Assembly: GCA_965228895.1 (NCBI GenBank)
Contig: OZ245842.1
Location: 2,784,001-2,848,000, forward strand
Origin: Alphaproteobacteria bacterium
GTDB taxonomy: Bacteria; Pseudomonadota; Alphaproteobacteria; SP197
DNA length: 64,000 bases
Direction: 5' to 3'
Part shown: piece by piece, positions 19,839 through 31,731 of the stretch
Position numbering within the stretch: the first letter of the stretch is position 1
Layout: each line of letters begins with the position of its first letter
The notes under the pieces: generated by a model
What the model was told of the DNA's origin: nothing
Seen by the model: the letters and a program-made list of their open reading frames with translations, nothing else
The model's database searches: none
Made by a program: the position numbers and the translations under genes

Positions 19839-20143
19839 GTAACTCCGCCTCCCTCAGGCGCCACGGCGCTTATGCGCTCATCCCCCTGTCTAACCCGAAA
19901 TCGCGGCGCAGGAAACTCCACAGATGAACACAGGTCCGGCGCAAAAACGGCAGCGATTCCGCTGGGGATTCCAAGAAATCCCGCAACGTCACCGCCTTAG
20001 CAACGTGTCATACCACGGCCAACGTGTCTGAAATTGGGCGCTCCGGCCGCCCTTAAGAAATTCCGCGAGACTGTGTCTTCGCAACCCAGGGCTGAAGTCC
20101 CGGAACCCCGCCGAACCGCACCGCTCGGCCGCGGCGACGCCGG

Positions 20144-20172
20144 TTGACAGCCGCAAGGCGCATCGGCATAAG
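20144..20172 (+). promoter_or_regulatory. Sigma70-type promoter for tRNA-Gln
   Basis: TTGACA-N17-CATAAG about 35 nt upstream of the tRNA. Confidence 0.6.
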
Positions 20173-20207
20173 GCGCTGATACCGGCTGCGCCATGACGCA
20201 CCCCTGC

Positions 20208-20281
20208 TGGGGGATAGTTTAACGGTAGAACCTTCGGCTCTGACCCGAATAGTCCTGGTTCGAATCCAGGTCCCCCAGCCA
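20208..20281 (+). tRNA. tRNA-Gln (anticodon CTG)
   Basis: Acceptor TGGGGGA/TCCCCCA, anticodon arm TTCGG-CTCTGAC-CCGAA, GGTTCGAATCC T-loop, encoded CCA. Confidence 0.97.
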
Positions 20282-20469
20282 ACTCCTTAAACTTTTAAAA
20301 TCAAGATGTTCGACACACCTCCTAAGGTGTTGTCTAGGTTGTTTCAGGGCGGACTGCAGCCCGCCTGCCCCGTCGGCGCGACCGTGTGGCATCCCCGGAT
20401 TGCCTTGCCAACACGTCGGCAACGCAAGACACTTGTAAATTCTCGAAACATGCTGTCGGGGGGTTCACT

Positions 20470-21612
20470 ATGAGTAAGGTCATGAGTCTCGACGAGTACA
20501 AGGATGCGCTTGCCAAAAAGGCGCTGAGCCGTCGCGATGTTACCAAGGTCCTGGCCTCGGTCGGTGTCGCGACGGTATCGATGCCGGTCCTGCACAAGCC
20601 GGCGCTGGCCGAAGACGGCTGGCTCTATCTGTTCACCTGGAACGGGTATGAGTTGCCGGAGCTGCATCCGGCTTTCACGGAAAAGTACGGCCGCGAGCCG
20701 GATTTCTCGTTCTATGCCGATAACGACGAAGCGCTGGAGAAGATCCGCGCAGGCTTCGACGCGGACATCGTTTGCCCAAGCAGCAGTACGGTCATCCGCT
20801 GGATCCATGCCGGTCTGATCGAGCCCATCGATGTCTCCAGGCTCTCCAATTGGCCAAACCTGTTTCCGCAGCTGCAGCAGATCCGCGGCACCTTCGACGA
20901 CGACGGCAACCACTATTACGCGCCGTGGTCGTGGGGCAATTCGTCGATCGTCTTCCGGACCGACCTGGCGCCGGAATATGCCGGGCAGGAAAACCACACC
21001 TGGAAGATCCTGTGGGATCCCAAATACGCCGGCCGGGTCGCCATGCGCGACAACTGGGCCGGCACGACCATACCGGCCGGCTTGATCGCCGGTGTCGAGG
21101 ACCCCTTCGCCATGACCGACGACGAAATCGCCGACGTCCGCCGGCTGCTGCAGGAGCAACGCGAACTCAACAAGTTCTATTGGTCGAGCGAAACGGAAGC
21201 GCAGACCGCCATCGCCACCGGCGAGCTTGTCGCCATGTACGCATGGAACTCGGCCTATGCCCAGTTGAAGGAAGAAGGCGTGCCCGTCGAATACATGGTG
21301 CCGAAGGAAGGGTTGCTGACCTGGGTCGACGGCCATGTCATGACCAACACCTACATCGGTACGGAAGAGCAGCGTTACGACTATCTCGACGCCACCCTGT
21401 CGCCGGAAACCGGTGTCTTCATGATCGAAGAATACGCCTATGGGGCGGCCAACACGATCTCCTACGACCTCGCCGATCCCGAGGTTCTCGCATCATTGGG
21501 CCAGACCGACCCGGAGGCCATCCTGGCCGGCAGCCTGTGGTACGAGACCGTGCCGCCGGACATTCAGCGCAAGCTCGTCAACCTGCATGACGAGGTCATG
21601 GCCGGCATGTAG
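20470..21612 (+). CDS. PotD/PotF-like ABC substrate-binding protein, Tat signal
   Basis: LSRRDV, FTWNGY, ILWDPKYAGR, PKEG..TWVD. Confidence 0.85.
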   Translation: MSKVMSLDEYKDALAKKALSRRDVTKVLASVGVATVSMPVLHKPALAEDGWLYLFTWNGYELPELHPAFTEKYGREPDFSFYADNDEALEKIRAGFDADIVCPSSSTVIRWIHAGLIEPIDVSRLSNWPNLFPQLQQIRGTFDDDGNHYYAPWSWGNSSIVFRTDLAPEYAGQENHTWKILWDPKYAGRVAMRDNWAGTTIPAGLIAGVEDPFAMTDDEIADVRRLLQEQRELNKFYWSSETEAQTAIATGELVAMYAWNSAYAQLKEEGVPVEYMVPKEGLLTWVDGHVMTNTYIGTEEQRYDYLDATLSPETGVFMIEEYAYGAANTISYDLADPEVLASLGQTDPEAILAGSLWYETVPPDIQRKLVNLHDEVMAGM

Positions 21613-21629
21613 TTTTCCGGCATACCCTG

Positions 21630-21670
21630 AAGACGGGGGCGGTTGGATGTGATCCGACCGCCCCGTTTCT
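21630..21670 (+). terminator. Terminator-like hairpin
   Basis: GGGGCGGTTGGA...TCCGACCGCCCC followed by GTTTCT. Confidence 0.55.
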
Positions 21671-21683
21671 AGAGGCATAAGCG

Positions 21684-22439
21684 ATGACAGGAGAACTTGA
21701 AGGCAAGGTCGCGCTGGTTACCGGATCGGGACGCGGCATGGGGTTGGTCGATGCCGAGTTGATGGCCGGTGAAGGCGCGGCCATCATTCTCCATGATATC
21801 GATGCCGGGCTGGTTAAGCAGGCGGCCGGTCAGCTTCGCGCCGGTGGCGCCGACGTCTTTACCATTGTCTCCGACATCGCCGACATCGCCGCGACACGCA
21901 CGGCGATCGCCAAGGCCGAAGACCACTTCGGACGCATCGATATCCTGGTCAACAACGCGGGCAACGCGGTCGGCGGCGGCTTGGAAGACCTCGACGAAGA
22001 CGCTTATGACGCCGTCATGAACGTCCACGTCAAGGGCACGTTCTTCGCGACACAGGCTGTGGTGCCCGGCATGCAGCGGCGCGGCGAAGGGGCTATCGTC
22101 AACATCTCGTCGATCTGGGGCATGACGGGCTACGAGCATTCGTCAAACTACTGCGCGGCCAAGGCTGCCCTGCTCGGCTTCACCAAATCCTGGGCCAAGG
22201 AACTGGCGCCCTGGAACATCCGCGTCAACGCGGTCGCGCCCGGTTGCGTGCTGACCGAGATGACGATCCACAAAGGACAGGACTATCTCGACGAGCGCGC
22301 CAAGCTGATCCCGCTCGGCCGCTGGGCCGAGCCCAAGGAAATGTGCGAGGCCGTCATGTTCCTGGCCTCACCACGGGCCAGCTACATCACGGGGCAAGTC
22401 ATCAGCCCCAACGGTGGCGATACGATCGTCGGGATCTAA
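21684..22439 (+). CDS. SDR oxidoreductase (FabG-like)
   Basis: TGSGRGMG, NNAG, YCAAK, VNAVAPG. Confidence 0.92.
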   Translation: MTGELEGKVALVTGSGRGMGLVDAELMAGEGAAIILHDIDAGLVKQAAGQLRAGGADVFTIVSDIADIAATRTAIAKAEDHFGRIDILVNNAGNAVGGGLEDLDEDAYDAVMNVHVKGTFFATQAVVPGMQRRGEGAIVNISSIWGMTGYEHSSNYCAAKAALLGFTKSWAKELAPWNIRVNAVAPGCVLTEMTIHKGQDYLDERAKLIPLGRWAEPKEMCEAVMFLASPRASYITGQVISPNGGDTIVGI

Positions 22440-22445
22440 CGTGCC

Positions 22446-24482
22446 TTAGAACGTGATCTGCAGACCGGCCTGCCCGGCGATGGTGCGGCCGCTGTTGCTC
22501 TCCGCCGTCGCCTCGACGCGGCCGAACAGCGAAACGCCGTCATCGATCAGCGCCGACAACTCAACGCCCGCAAGCGCCGCGCCGACACTGTCCTCGCCGC
22601 CCGCATCGAAGTTGATCGACTGGCCCAGCAACACCGCATCGACATTGCTGTTGTCGAGACGCGTGCGGCCCTCGACGCCCGCATAGGGCGCGAAATAGAC
22701 GCTGTCCGCGTATTGCGGGATACGCACCGGCACCGTCACCTGGAACCGTCCGGTCAGCAGGTGAATGAACCGGTCGTCCACCGTCATGCCGCTCGAGGAG
22801 CCCGTCTCCGTATAGCTGTCCAAATGCGTGCCGGCATAGCCCACCTGCACGCTCGGGATCACCTCCTGGCCGTTGATCGACGCCGTGTGCGCCACCGACA
22901 GTTCCGGCGCAATGAAGTAGCCGTCGTAATCCGCCGACGCCGTCTCCATGCCGCCAGGCACCGTGTTGTTGGCGACGTTGCGGGTCAACTCATAGCGGCT
23001 CCAGCCGCCGGTCACCACGAGGTCGATCGCCCAGGGGCCGGATGCATAGCCGCCATAGGCGCCAATGAAAGCGCTCGAGATATCCTCGTCTTGGGAATCG
23101 AACTTTACGTCCAGTTCGCCATAGGAGCCGCCCAGGAACAGACCGGCGCGCGTCTCGTCGCCGACCGGCGTATCGACACCGGCGATAACGCCGCCCAGAT
23201 AGTGATCGGCGCCGATCGCCGGCGACGTGTCGCGCTGCTCGCGCGCCAATCCGAACACCTCGACCCACGCCTCGGTGCCCCACCCCATACCCATGGATGA
23301 CGCGAACGCCAGGGGGTCGTCGCCCTCAAGCGACGCCACCGCCTGGCCCGTCGAGCCGCCGAGCCGCTCGCTGCGCAGGCGCGAGAAGACGCTGCCGGAG
23401 ACCGAGTTGGTCAGGTCGAAGATGATGTCATCGGCCATGGCCAAGGCCGTCGGATCGACCACCGCGACCTGCAAGCCGTTCACCGCGAACGGCGCGCCGT
23501 TGGCAACGACGAACGGTGCGCTACCGGTGAACGTGTTGTTGACGTTCAGACCGTTCGTAACATCCAGCGTGTTGCCAGCCGCAAAGTTGAGTGGCCCCTG
23601 AATGTTCGAACCTGGGAACAGGCGCAGCGTGTTGCCGCCGCCCGTGAACAGCACGGCGGCCGATCCCACGCCAGTCGCACTGAGTTGACCACTGTTGTTG
23701 ACCGTGTTGTTCGTCGCACCTTGGACGCTATGGGCAATCAGACCCGACGTCGAGATCGTTCCGGCGTTCGTGATCGTGCTGTTGTTGGTGACCAAAACAC
23801 CATGTGCGGCACCACCCTGGGTTACGATATTGCCGCTGTTGTTCACTGTCGTGCCGGTGCCAGCGGAGATGCCAATGGCGTTAAGGCCCAGTGTCGAGAT
23901 CGTCCCGCTGTTGCCAATGTTGTTGTTGTTGATGGCTAGGATACCAATCGCGCCTATGCCGGTTGTCGAGATCGTGCCGGAATTGCCGATCGTGTTGTTG
24001 TTCAGTGCGTTGATGCCATGTGCGATACCGCCCAACGTCGTGATAGTGCCACTGTTGAAGATCGTGTTGTTGCTGACAACCGTGATGCCGTGCGCGCCGC
24101 CGCCCAACGTCGAGATCGTGCCGGAGTTACCGATGGTGTTGCCGTTGACGCCCACGATGCCGAAGGCTGCCCCCAAACCGAACGTCGAGATCGTGCCCGT
24201 GTTGTTGATCGTATTGTTGTTGACGACGAGGATGCCGACATCGGCGACGCCGAGGGTGGTGATCTGCCCCTCGTTGTTGATCGTGTTCCGATCGACACCG
24301 GCAATGCCCGTACCGCCGGTCAAGATCCGGCCGCCAGGCTTCACGACGCCGGTCTGCCCGTTGGTCAGGAACTGGGTAAAGAAGACCGTCTGACCGTTGT
24401 CGACGACAAAGTCCGCATGAGCGCCCGCCACGCCAACCATCGTGGCTGCGGCAACCGCCGCGCCCTTCAACCAACACCGCAT
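22446..24482 (-). CDS. Autotransporter with repetitive beta-helical passenger
   Basis: Signal peptide (AHA/D), N/G/T-rich repeats, C-terminal beta-barrel with YTETG and terminal Phe. Confidence 0.85.
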   Translation of the reverse strand: MRCWLKGAAVAAATMVGVAGAHADFVVDNGQTVFFTQFLTNGQTGVVKPGGRILTGGTGIAGVDRNTINNEGQITTLGVADVGILVVNNNTINNTGTISTFGLGAAFGIVGVNGNTIGNSGTISTLGGGAHGITVVSNNTIFNSGTITTLGGIAHGINALNNNTIGNSGTISTTGIGAIGILAINNNNIGNSGTISTLGLNAIGISAGTGTTVNNSGNIVTQGGAAHGVLVTNNSTITNAGTISTSGLIAHSVQGATNNTVNNSGQLSATGVGSAAVLFTGGGNTLRLFPGSNIQGPLNFAAGNTLDVTNGLNVNNTFTGSAPFVVANGAPFAVNGLQVAVVDPTALAMADDIIFDLTNSVSGSVFSRLRSERLGGSTGQAVASLEGDDPLAFASSMGMGWGTEAWVEVFGLAREQRDTSPAIGADHYLGGVIAGVDTPVGDETRAGLFLGGSYGELDVKFDSQDEDISSAFIGAYGGYASGPWAIDLVVTGGWSRYELTRNVANNTVPGGMETASADYDGYFIAPELSVAHTASINGQEVIPSVQVGYAGTHLDSYTETGSSSGMTVDDRFIHLLTGRFQVTVPVRIPQYADSVYFAPYAGVEGRTRLDNSNVDAVLLGQSINFDAGGEDSVGAALAGVELSALIDDGVSLFGRVEATAESNSGRTIAGQAGLQITF
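23637..24287 (-). repeat. About nine tandem 24-aa (about 72-nt) repeats N.GTIST.G..A.GI
   Basis: Visible in the translation; GTCGAGATCGT recurs in the DNA. Confidence 0.85.
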
Positions 24483-24582
24483 TGTTGAGATCCCCTCACC
24501 CGCAATTGATGGAGTTGAGTTTAGTACAGCTTCCAACAACTGTCCAAGAATTCAGTTATTACAATTGCTTATCGCAGATTCT

Positions 24583-26475
<1,893 letters not shown>

Positions 26476-26539
26476 ACCCCGGTTTAACGTCCCCGCTGTA
26501 TTTCCCCAACCGCCAATCCGGCAGAACCTCTGGATAAAA

Positions 26540-27892
26540 TCAGATCAACCCGTCCTCGCGCACGGCCAGAAGCGAATCCTGGAACGCCGTTGCCACCTTA
26601 TCGATCTGCTCAGGCGTATGGGCGGCCGAGGTAAAGAACAGGTGGATGCCCGGCAGGATGACGCCGTTGTTAAGGAGGTGGACGTCGAACTCCTGCTGGG
26701 CCGCGTGGTTCTCGTCGCCGAGGTCGCGTGAGCTTTCGATGCCGCGCTTGAAGTGCATATAGAAGATCGAGCCGGCGTTCATCAGCGTGGCGGCGATCTG
26801 GCGTTCCTCGCAGAACGTGTTGACCGCGGCTGCCAGCCGGTCGCCCTCGCTGTTGAGCGCCGGGAACAACGTCTCCTTGTTCTCCTTCATGTGCGCGATG
26901 GTCGCGACGCCGCCGGCCATGGTCAGCGGGTTGCCGGAGAAGGTGCCGCCCATGAACACACCCTTGGGGTCGCCCCAGGGTCTGCCGAGCAGGTCCATGA
27001 CCTCGGCCCGGCCGGAGAGCGCGCCGACCGGCAGGCCGCCGGCAAGCGCCTTGCCCCAGGTGATGAGATCGCCGGTGACGCCGAAATACTCCATGCCGCC
27101 GCCGAAGCCGAGGCGGAAGCCGGTGACGACCTCGTCGAGCAGCAGCAGGACATCGCTTTCGCGGCAGACCTCGGCCAGCCCTTTCAGCCAAGGCCCGACA
27201 TCATCGCGCGGCACCGTATTCTGCACCGGCTGCACCATGACGAGCGCCAACTCGTCCTTGTGGGCGCGGATCAGCTCGAACGCCTTGGGGTCGGCATAGG
27301 GCAGCATCATCATGGTGTCGTCGCGGATGGTCTCGGGAACGCCGGTGCCCATCAGTTTCGGTCCGGGTTCCGAGCGCGGGCTCTCCGGATCGGCCTTGAC
27401 CAGGGCGTAGTCGTGGGCGCCGTGGTAACAGCCGTCGAACACGGCGACCCGGTTCTTGCCGGAATAGCCGCGCGCGGCACGCATGCCGTACATGGTGGCT
27501 TCGGTGCCGGAATTGCAGAAGATCGTCCGTTCGGCGCCCGGTGCTGCATCGGCAATCAAATGGGCGAGCTCTTCCTGGCGCTCGTTGTGCAGCCCAAAAT
27601 GCCAGCCGCGCGTGAGCTGGTCATGCAACGCGTCCTCGACCACCTTCGGGCGATGGCCGAGCACATGAGGTCCGAACCCCATGGTGAGGTCGATGTATTC
27701 GTTGCCGTCGACATCGGTCATGGTCGCGCCTTCCGACGAGCGGATATAGATCGGCGTCGGCATCTGGAAGGTCGGCACCACCTCGATCGGCAGCACGTCG
27801 GCGCTTTTTTCGTGCACCTCACGGGACTTGGGCGTGCGGTCGGCCAGGGACTGGCGGGCCCGGGCGCCCGCGTTATCGGCAGATACGGTCAT
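26540..27892 (-). CDS. Class-III PLP aminotransferase (HemL/GSA-aminomutase-like paralogue)
   Basis: DVDGNEYID, NSGTEA, YHG.HD, DEVVTGFR, GKALAGGLP, GTFSGNP. Confidence 0.88.
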   Translation of the reverse strand: MTVSADNAGARARQSLADRTPKSREVHEKSADVLPIEVVPTFQMPTPIYIRSSEGATMTDVDGNEYIDLTMGFGPHVLGHRPKVVEDALHDQLTRGWHFGLHNERQEELAHLIADAAPGAERTIFCNSGTEATMYGMRAARGYSGKNRVAVFDGCYHGAHDYALVKADPESPRSEPGPKLMGTGVPETIRDDTMMMLPYADPKAFELIRAHKDELALVMVQPVQNTVPRDDVGPWLKGLAEVCRESDVLLLLDEVVTGFRLGFGGGMEYFGVTGDLITWGKALAGGLPVGALSGRAEVMDLLGRPWGDPKGVFMGGTFSGNPLTMAGGVATIAHMKENKETLFPALNSEGDRLAAAVNTFCEERQIAATLMNAGSIFYMHFKRGIESSRDLGDENHAAQQEFDVHLLNNGVILPGIHLFFTSAAHTPEQIDKVATAFQDSLLAVREDGLI

Positions 27893-28013
27893 CGTTTTTT
27901 CTCCTCAACGATGCGGCGCACGCGGAGCCTAGCACAGCGCTGGGCGGTTCGCTTCGTCTTCCTGGGATCGCCGTTGTAGAGTTGATTGATCGATATGCGA
28001 GGGGAACGCGACC

Positions 28014-28712
28014 ATGCTGCTGACACCGACCGAGATGGAACGGCTGACCATCTTCACCGCCGCCGAACTGGCTCGCCGGCGCCGCGGGCGCGGCCAGAAA
28101 CTGAACCATCCCGAGGCGGTCGCCATTATCGCCGACGAACTGATGGAAGCCGCGCGCGACGGCCACACGCTGGCCGAGGTCATGACGTTGGGTACGACGC
28201 TGTTGACGACCGACGACGTGCTGCCCGGCGTCGCAGGTCTGATGTCGCTCCTGACCCTCGAAGGCCAGTTCCCGGACGGCCCGAAGATGATCACCATCCA
28301 CAACCCCGTGCGGCCAGGCAAAGAGGCAACGAGCGAGGCGACCCAGCCCGGCGAGGTGCTGACCGCCGACGGCGACATCGAACTGAACGCCGGGCGCGAG
28401 CGCGTCACCCTGACCGTGTTGAACACCGGCGACCGGCCGGTGCAAGTCGCCAGCCACTATCATTTCTTTGAGGCGAACAAGGCGCTTGAGTTCGACCGCG
28501 CCGCTGCGTTCGGCAAACGGCTCGACGTCCTGGCCGGCGCCGCCGCGCGCTTCGAGCCCGGCGAATCGAAAGACGTCAACCTGGTCGCCATCGGCGGCAC
28601 CGGCGAGGTCAGCGGGCTGAACAACCTGACTGAAGGACAGATCGCCGATCCCGCCGTCAAGCAGGTGGCGCTCGCGCGCGCCAAGGCACGCGATTATCGG
28701 GGCGCTGAATAA
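28014..28712 (+). CDS. ureAB: Fused urease gamma-beta subunit
   Basis: KLNHPEA, ARDG, FPDGPK..T.H.P, then [23 protein letters not shown]. Confidence 0.92.
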   Translation: MLLTPTEMERLTIFTAAELARRRRGRGQKLNHPEAVAIIADELMEAARDGHTLAEVMTLGTTLLTTDDVLPGVAGLMSLLTLEGQFPDGPKMITIHNPVRPGKEATSEATQPGEVLTADGDIELNAGRERVTLTVLNTGDRPVQVASHYHFFEANKALEFDRAAAFGKRLDVLAGAAARFEPGESKDVNLVAIGGTGEVSGLNNLTEGQIADPAVKQVALARAKARDYRGAE

Positions 28713-30421
28713 TGGCGACCGTCTCGCGCGATGCTTACGCCGCGGCGTTCGGGCCGACCACCGGCGACCGCGTGCGCCTGGGCGACACCAGCCTTCTGGC
28801 GCGCGTCGAAAAGGACCACGCGGTCTATGGCGAAGAGCTTCTGACCGGGTTGGGCAAGACCCTGCGCGACGGCCTGGGCGTCGATGCCGGCGTCACCACC
28901 GCCGACGGCGCCCTCGACGTGGTCGTGCAGAACGCGCTGATCATCGATCCCGTGCTCGGTATCGTCAAAGCCGATATCGGCATCACCGACGGGCGCATTG
29001 TCGGCATCGGCAAGGCCGGCAACCCTGCCATCATGGCCGGTGTCGACAAGAACCTGATCGTCGGCCCGTCGACCAAACACTTCATGGCCGAAGGCATGAT
29101 CGTGACGCCCGGCGCGATCGACGTGCACGCCCACTACGCGCAACCCGAAGAAGTCTGGCATGCGCTCTCATCAGGCATGACGACCATGATCGGCGGCGGT
29201 TTCCCCGGCTGCTGGTCGGTCGACTCCGGCGGCCATTGGGCGAACTCGCGCATGCTGAAGGCGACCGAAGCCTTTCCCATGAACTTCGGCTTGTTCAGCC
29301 GTGGCAGCGCACACAAACCGGCGGGGATCGCCGAGCAGATCCGCTCCGGCGTCATCGGCGTCAAGATCCACGAAGACATCGGCGCCATGCCGGCGACCAT
29401 CGACTGCTGTCTGACCGTCGCCGACGATCTGGATTTCCAGGTGCAGCTGCACACCGACACCATGAACGAGGCCGGTTTTTTCGAGCGCACCATGGAGGCG
29501 ATCGCCGGGCGCACGATCCACATGTACCACACCGAAGGGGCCGGCGGCGGCCATGCGCCCGACATCATCCGCTGTAACGGCGAGATCAACTGCCTGCCGT
29601 CGTCGACCAATCCGACGAACCCCTTTACGTTGAACGCGCTCGACGAACATCTCGACATGATGATGCTGTGCCACAGCCTGTCGCCGGACGTGCCGGAAGA
29701 TGTCGCGTTTGCCGACAGCCGCCTCAGGCCCCAGTCGATGGCGGCCGAAGACGTGCTGCACGACGTGGGCGCGATCAGCATGTTCGGCTCCGATGCCGAA
29801 GGCATGGGCCGCACCATGGAGGTCGTGACGTCGCTGTGGAAACTGGCGTCGAAGATGCGCGACGAACGCGGGCCGTTGGCCGAGGAACCGTTCGACAACG
29901 CGGACAACGCGCGCATCCTGCGCTACCTCGCCAAGGTCACGATCAATCCGGCGATCACGTTCGGCATCGCCGATTACGTCGGCAGCCTGGAGCCCGGCAA
30001 GATGGCCGACTTCGTCATGTGGCGTCCGGCCTTCTTCGGCATCAAACCGTCACAGGTCGTCAAGGCGGGCATGCAGGTCTGGGGCATCAACGGCGACGCG
30101 GCGGCAGCCTTAAGCGGTCTGGAACCGACGCGGATGCGGCCGAGCTGGGGCGGCGTCGGGACCGCGCCCAACGCGCTGTCGGCCGCCTTCGTTCATCCGT
30201 CCGCGCTCGACGACGACATCGCCGGACGCTTCGACATCGCCAAACCGCTACTGCCGCTTTCCGGCACGCGCAAGCTATCGAAGGAGGACATGGCCCTGAA
30301 CGATGCGCTGCCCGACATCCGCGTCGACAGCCAGACCTTTGACGTGTTCGTCGATGGCGACCTCGCGACAACCGAACCGGCGCGCGAGGTGAAGCTCAAC
30401 CGGCTCTACATGCTGCGCTAG
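28712..30421 (+). CDS. ureC: Urease alpha subunit-like amidohydrolase, divergent
   Basis: [53 protein letters not shown]; start overlaps the ureAB stop. Confidence 0.9.
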   Translation: MATVSRDAYAAAFGPTTGDRVRLGDTSLLARVEKDHAVYGEELLTGLGKTLRDGLGVDAGVTTADGALDVVVQNALIIDPVLGIVKADIGITDGRIVGIGKAGNPAIMAGVDKNLIVGPSTKHFMAEGMIVTPGAIDVHAHYAQPEEVWHALSSGMTTMIGGGFPGCWSVDSGGHWANSRMLKATEAFPMNFGLFSRGSAHKPAGIAEQIRSGVIGVKIHEDIGAMPATIDCCLTVADDLDFQVQLHTDTMNEAGFFERTMEAIAGRTIHMYHTEGAGGGHAPDIIRCNGEINCLPSSTNPTNPFTLNALDEHLDMMMLCHSLSPDVPEDVAFADSRLRPQSMAAEDVLHDVGAISMFGSDAEGMGRTMEVVTSLWKLASKMRDERGPLAEEPFDNADNARILRYLAKVTINPAITFGIADYVGSLEPGKMADFVMWRPAFFGIKPSQVVKAGMQVWGINGDAAAALSGLEPTRMRPSWGGVGTAPNALSAAFVHPSALDDDIAGRFDIAKPLLPLSGTRKLSKEDMALNDALPDIRVDSQTFDVFVDGDLATTEPAREVKLNRLYMLR

Positions 30422-30906
30422 ATCAACAGACCGACCAGAATGGTCGCGGGGGTCAGAATGTCCCACCAGAAAATGGGGCCGGCATTGTTGATGGCGAAGT
30501 TCTGCTCGCGGAGCATGTCACGAATGTGGACGACGGCCGCGCCCCACAAGAAGGATGCCGCCATCAGGAAAACAACCCAGCCCGCGCCCTCTCCGATGAA
30601 GGCCGCGGCAATGGCGGCGAGGCCAATGCCCAGATTGGCGGCACCGACCTCCTGTTGAAACGGACTGGTCTGCCAACCGATTGATTTCGCCACCATCTCG
30701 GAGGCCAGCAGGTGCCCGGTTGCCGCCCACAGGCTGTTCAGGCCTAGCGAGACAAGCAGCATCCACTGGGCGAGCGGCGACAGGCTCGCGGCCGCGCCTG
30801 GCAATTCGACGCCGAACACACCCAACGCAAGCGCGATCACAAAAAGCGCGACCGGCAAGAACGCGACAACCTGACCCATGACGCCCCCATGAGAACTGGC
30901 CGTCAA
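30418..30906 (-). CDS. Integral membrane protein (DUF6790-like)
   Basis: GH......A.SIGW..SPFQ.EVG.ANL and N.GP.FW.D motifs; four TM helices. Confidence 0.7.
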   Translation of the reverse strand: MTASSHGGVMGQVVAFLPVALFVIALALGVFGVELPGAAASLSPLAQWMLLVSLGLNSLWAATGHLLASEMVAKSIGWQTSPFQQEVGAANLGIGLAAIAAAFIGEGAGWVVFLMAASFLWGAAVVHIRDMLREQNFAINNAGPIFWWDILTPATILVGLLI

Positions 30907-30924
30907 TGAGCCACAGGTACGGTC

Positions 30925-30977
30925 AAAAAGAAAGCCGCCCGTTCGACCGTACGCCGCGGTCGGGAAAACGGGCGGCC
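30925..30977 (-). terminator. Intrinsic terminator after GNAT gene
   Basis: Minus strand GCCGCCCGTT...AACGGGCGGC followed by TTTCTTTTT. Confidence 0.65.
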
Positions 30978-30989
30978 ACCCTCTTTCAT

Positions 30990-31580
30990 TTAGATAGGCT
31001 TTGTCAGAAGAACCCAGTTTTCCGCATCGTTCTTCCAGCCGTCCTTGACCATCGGGCGTCTGGCGGTTTCCGCATAGCCGTTGGCTTCGTAGAGCCGCCG
31101 CGCACCCTTGTTGGCATCGGTCACGATGATGCTGAGGCCCTTTTTGCCTTCCCTAACGGCAATCTTGTCGGCAAGCGCGAGTAATGCGGAACCATGGCCC
31201 TTGCTCCGGTGCTCTGGATAGGTCGCGAGCACATTCACGTACCAGGTGCCGGGCGCCATGGCTTCGAGTTCCTGGCGCGGCACAACGACGGCAGGCATCG
31301 CGTCATAGTCGAGGGGTGCGGGCTCATCCGCCAACGGATAGCCGATCATGCTCGAGATGACGTCGCCACCGAACTCGACGACGATGGCGTTCTTGTAGGA
31401 AAAGCTACCCTCTTCCCGTCGCGTACGGCGCTGGCCGACATCCCACGGATTCTCACCGGGCTCGGCCATACCTTCCCATAGATGAACCGGCATCCCCTCG
31501 CCGGCATAGTTGATCAGTTGAGCAAGCAGAAAGGCGTCGTCAGGCTGCGCCCGGCGGTAGGGGCGATCGAGATCGATCAT
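30990..31580 (-). CDS. GNAT acetyltransferase
   Basis: WYVNVLAT.PEHRSKGHGSALL, N.GARRLYE..GY. Confidence 0.88.
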   Translation of the reverse strand: MIDLDRPYRRAQPDDAFLLAQLINYAGEGMPVHLWEGMAEPGENPWDVGQRRTRREEGSFSYKNAIVVEFGGDVISSMIGYPLADEPAPLDYDAMPAVVVPRQELEAMAPGTWYVNVLATYPEHRSKGHGSALLALADKIAVREGKKGLSIIVTDANKGARRLYEANGYAETARRPMVKDGWKNDAENWVLLTKPI

Positions 31581-31731
31581 GCTGCTTCTTCATCCTGTTC
31601 CCTCACCTTGGCCAATCGCACACCGTCCCGGCGCAGCCGCGATCAAGGCTGGCAGGCCGGCGTTTTTGCCGGTTTACTGGTCCCCCCAAAGGACCAAACC
31701 GCGTGAGCCATATGATGTCGGGAGGACGCCA

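Noticed and set aside
19989-20282. 97-aa minus-strand ORF
   Set aside because: It is the antisense of tRNA-Gln and its promoter
20385-20404. Sigma54 promoter upstream of the PotD-like gene
   Set aside because: The GG-GC spacing is 12 nt, not the required 10
26540-27892. Call as hemL
   Set aside because: Alphaproteobacteria typically use ALA synthase and the sequence is only family-level similar, so no symbol was assigned
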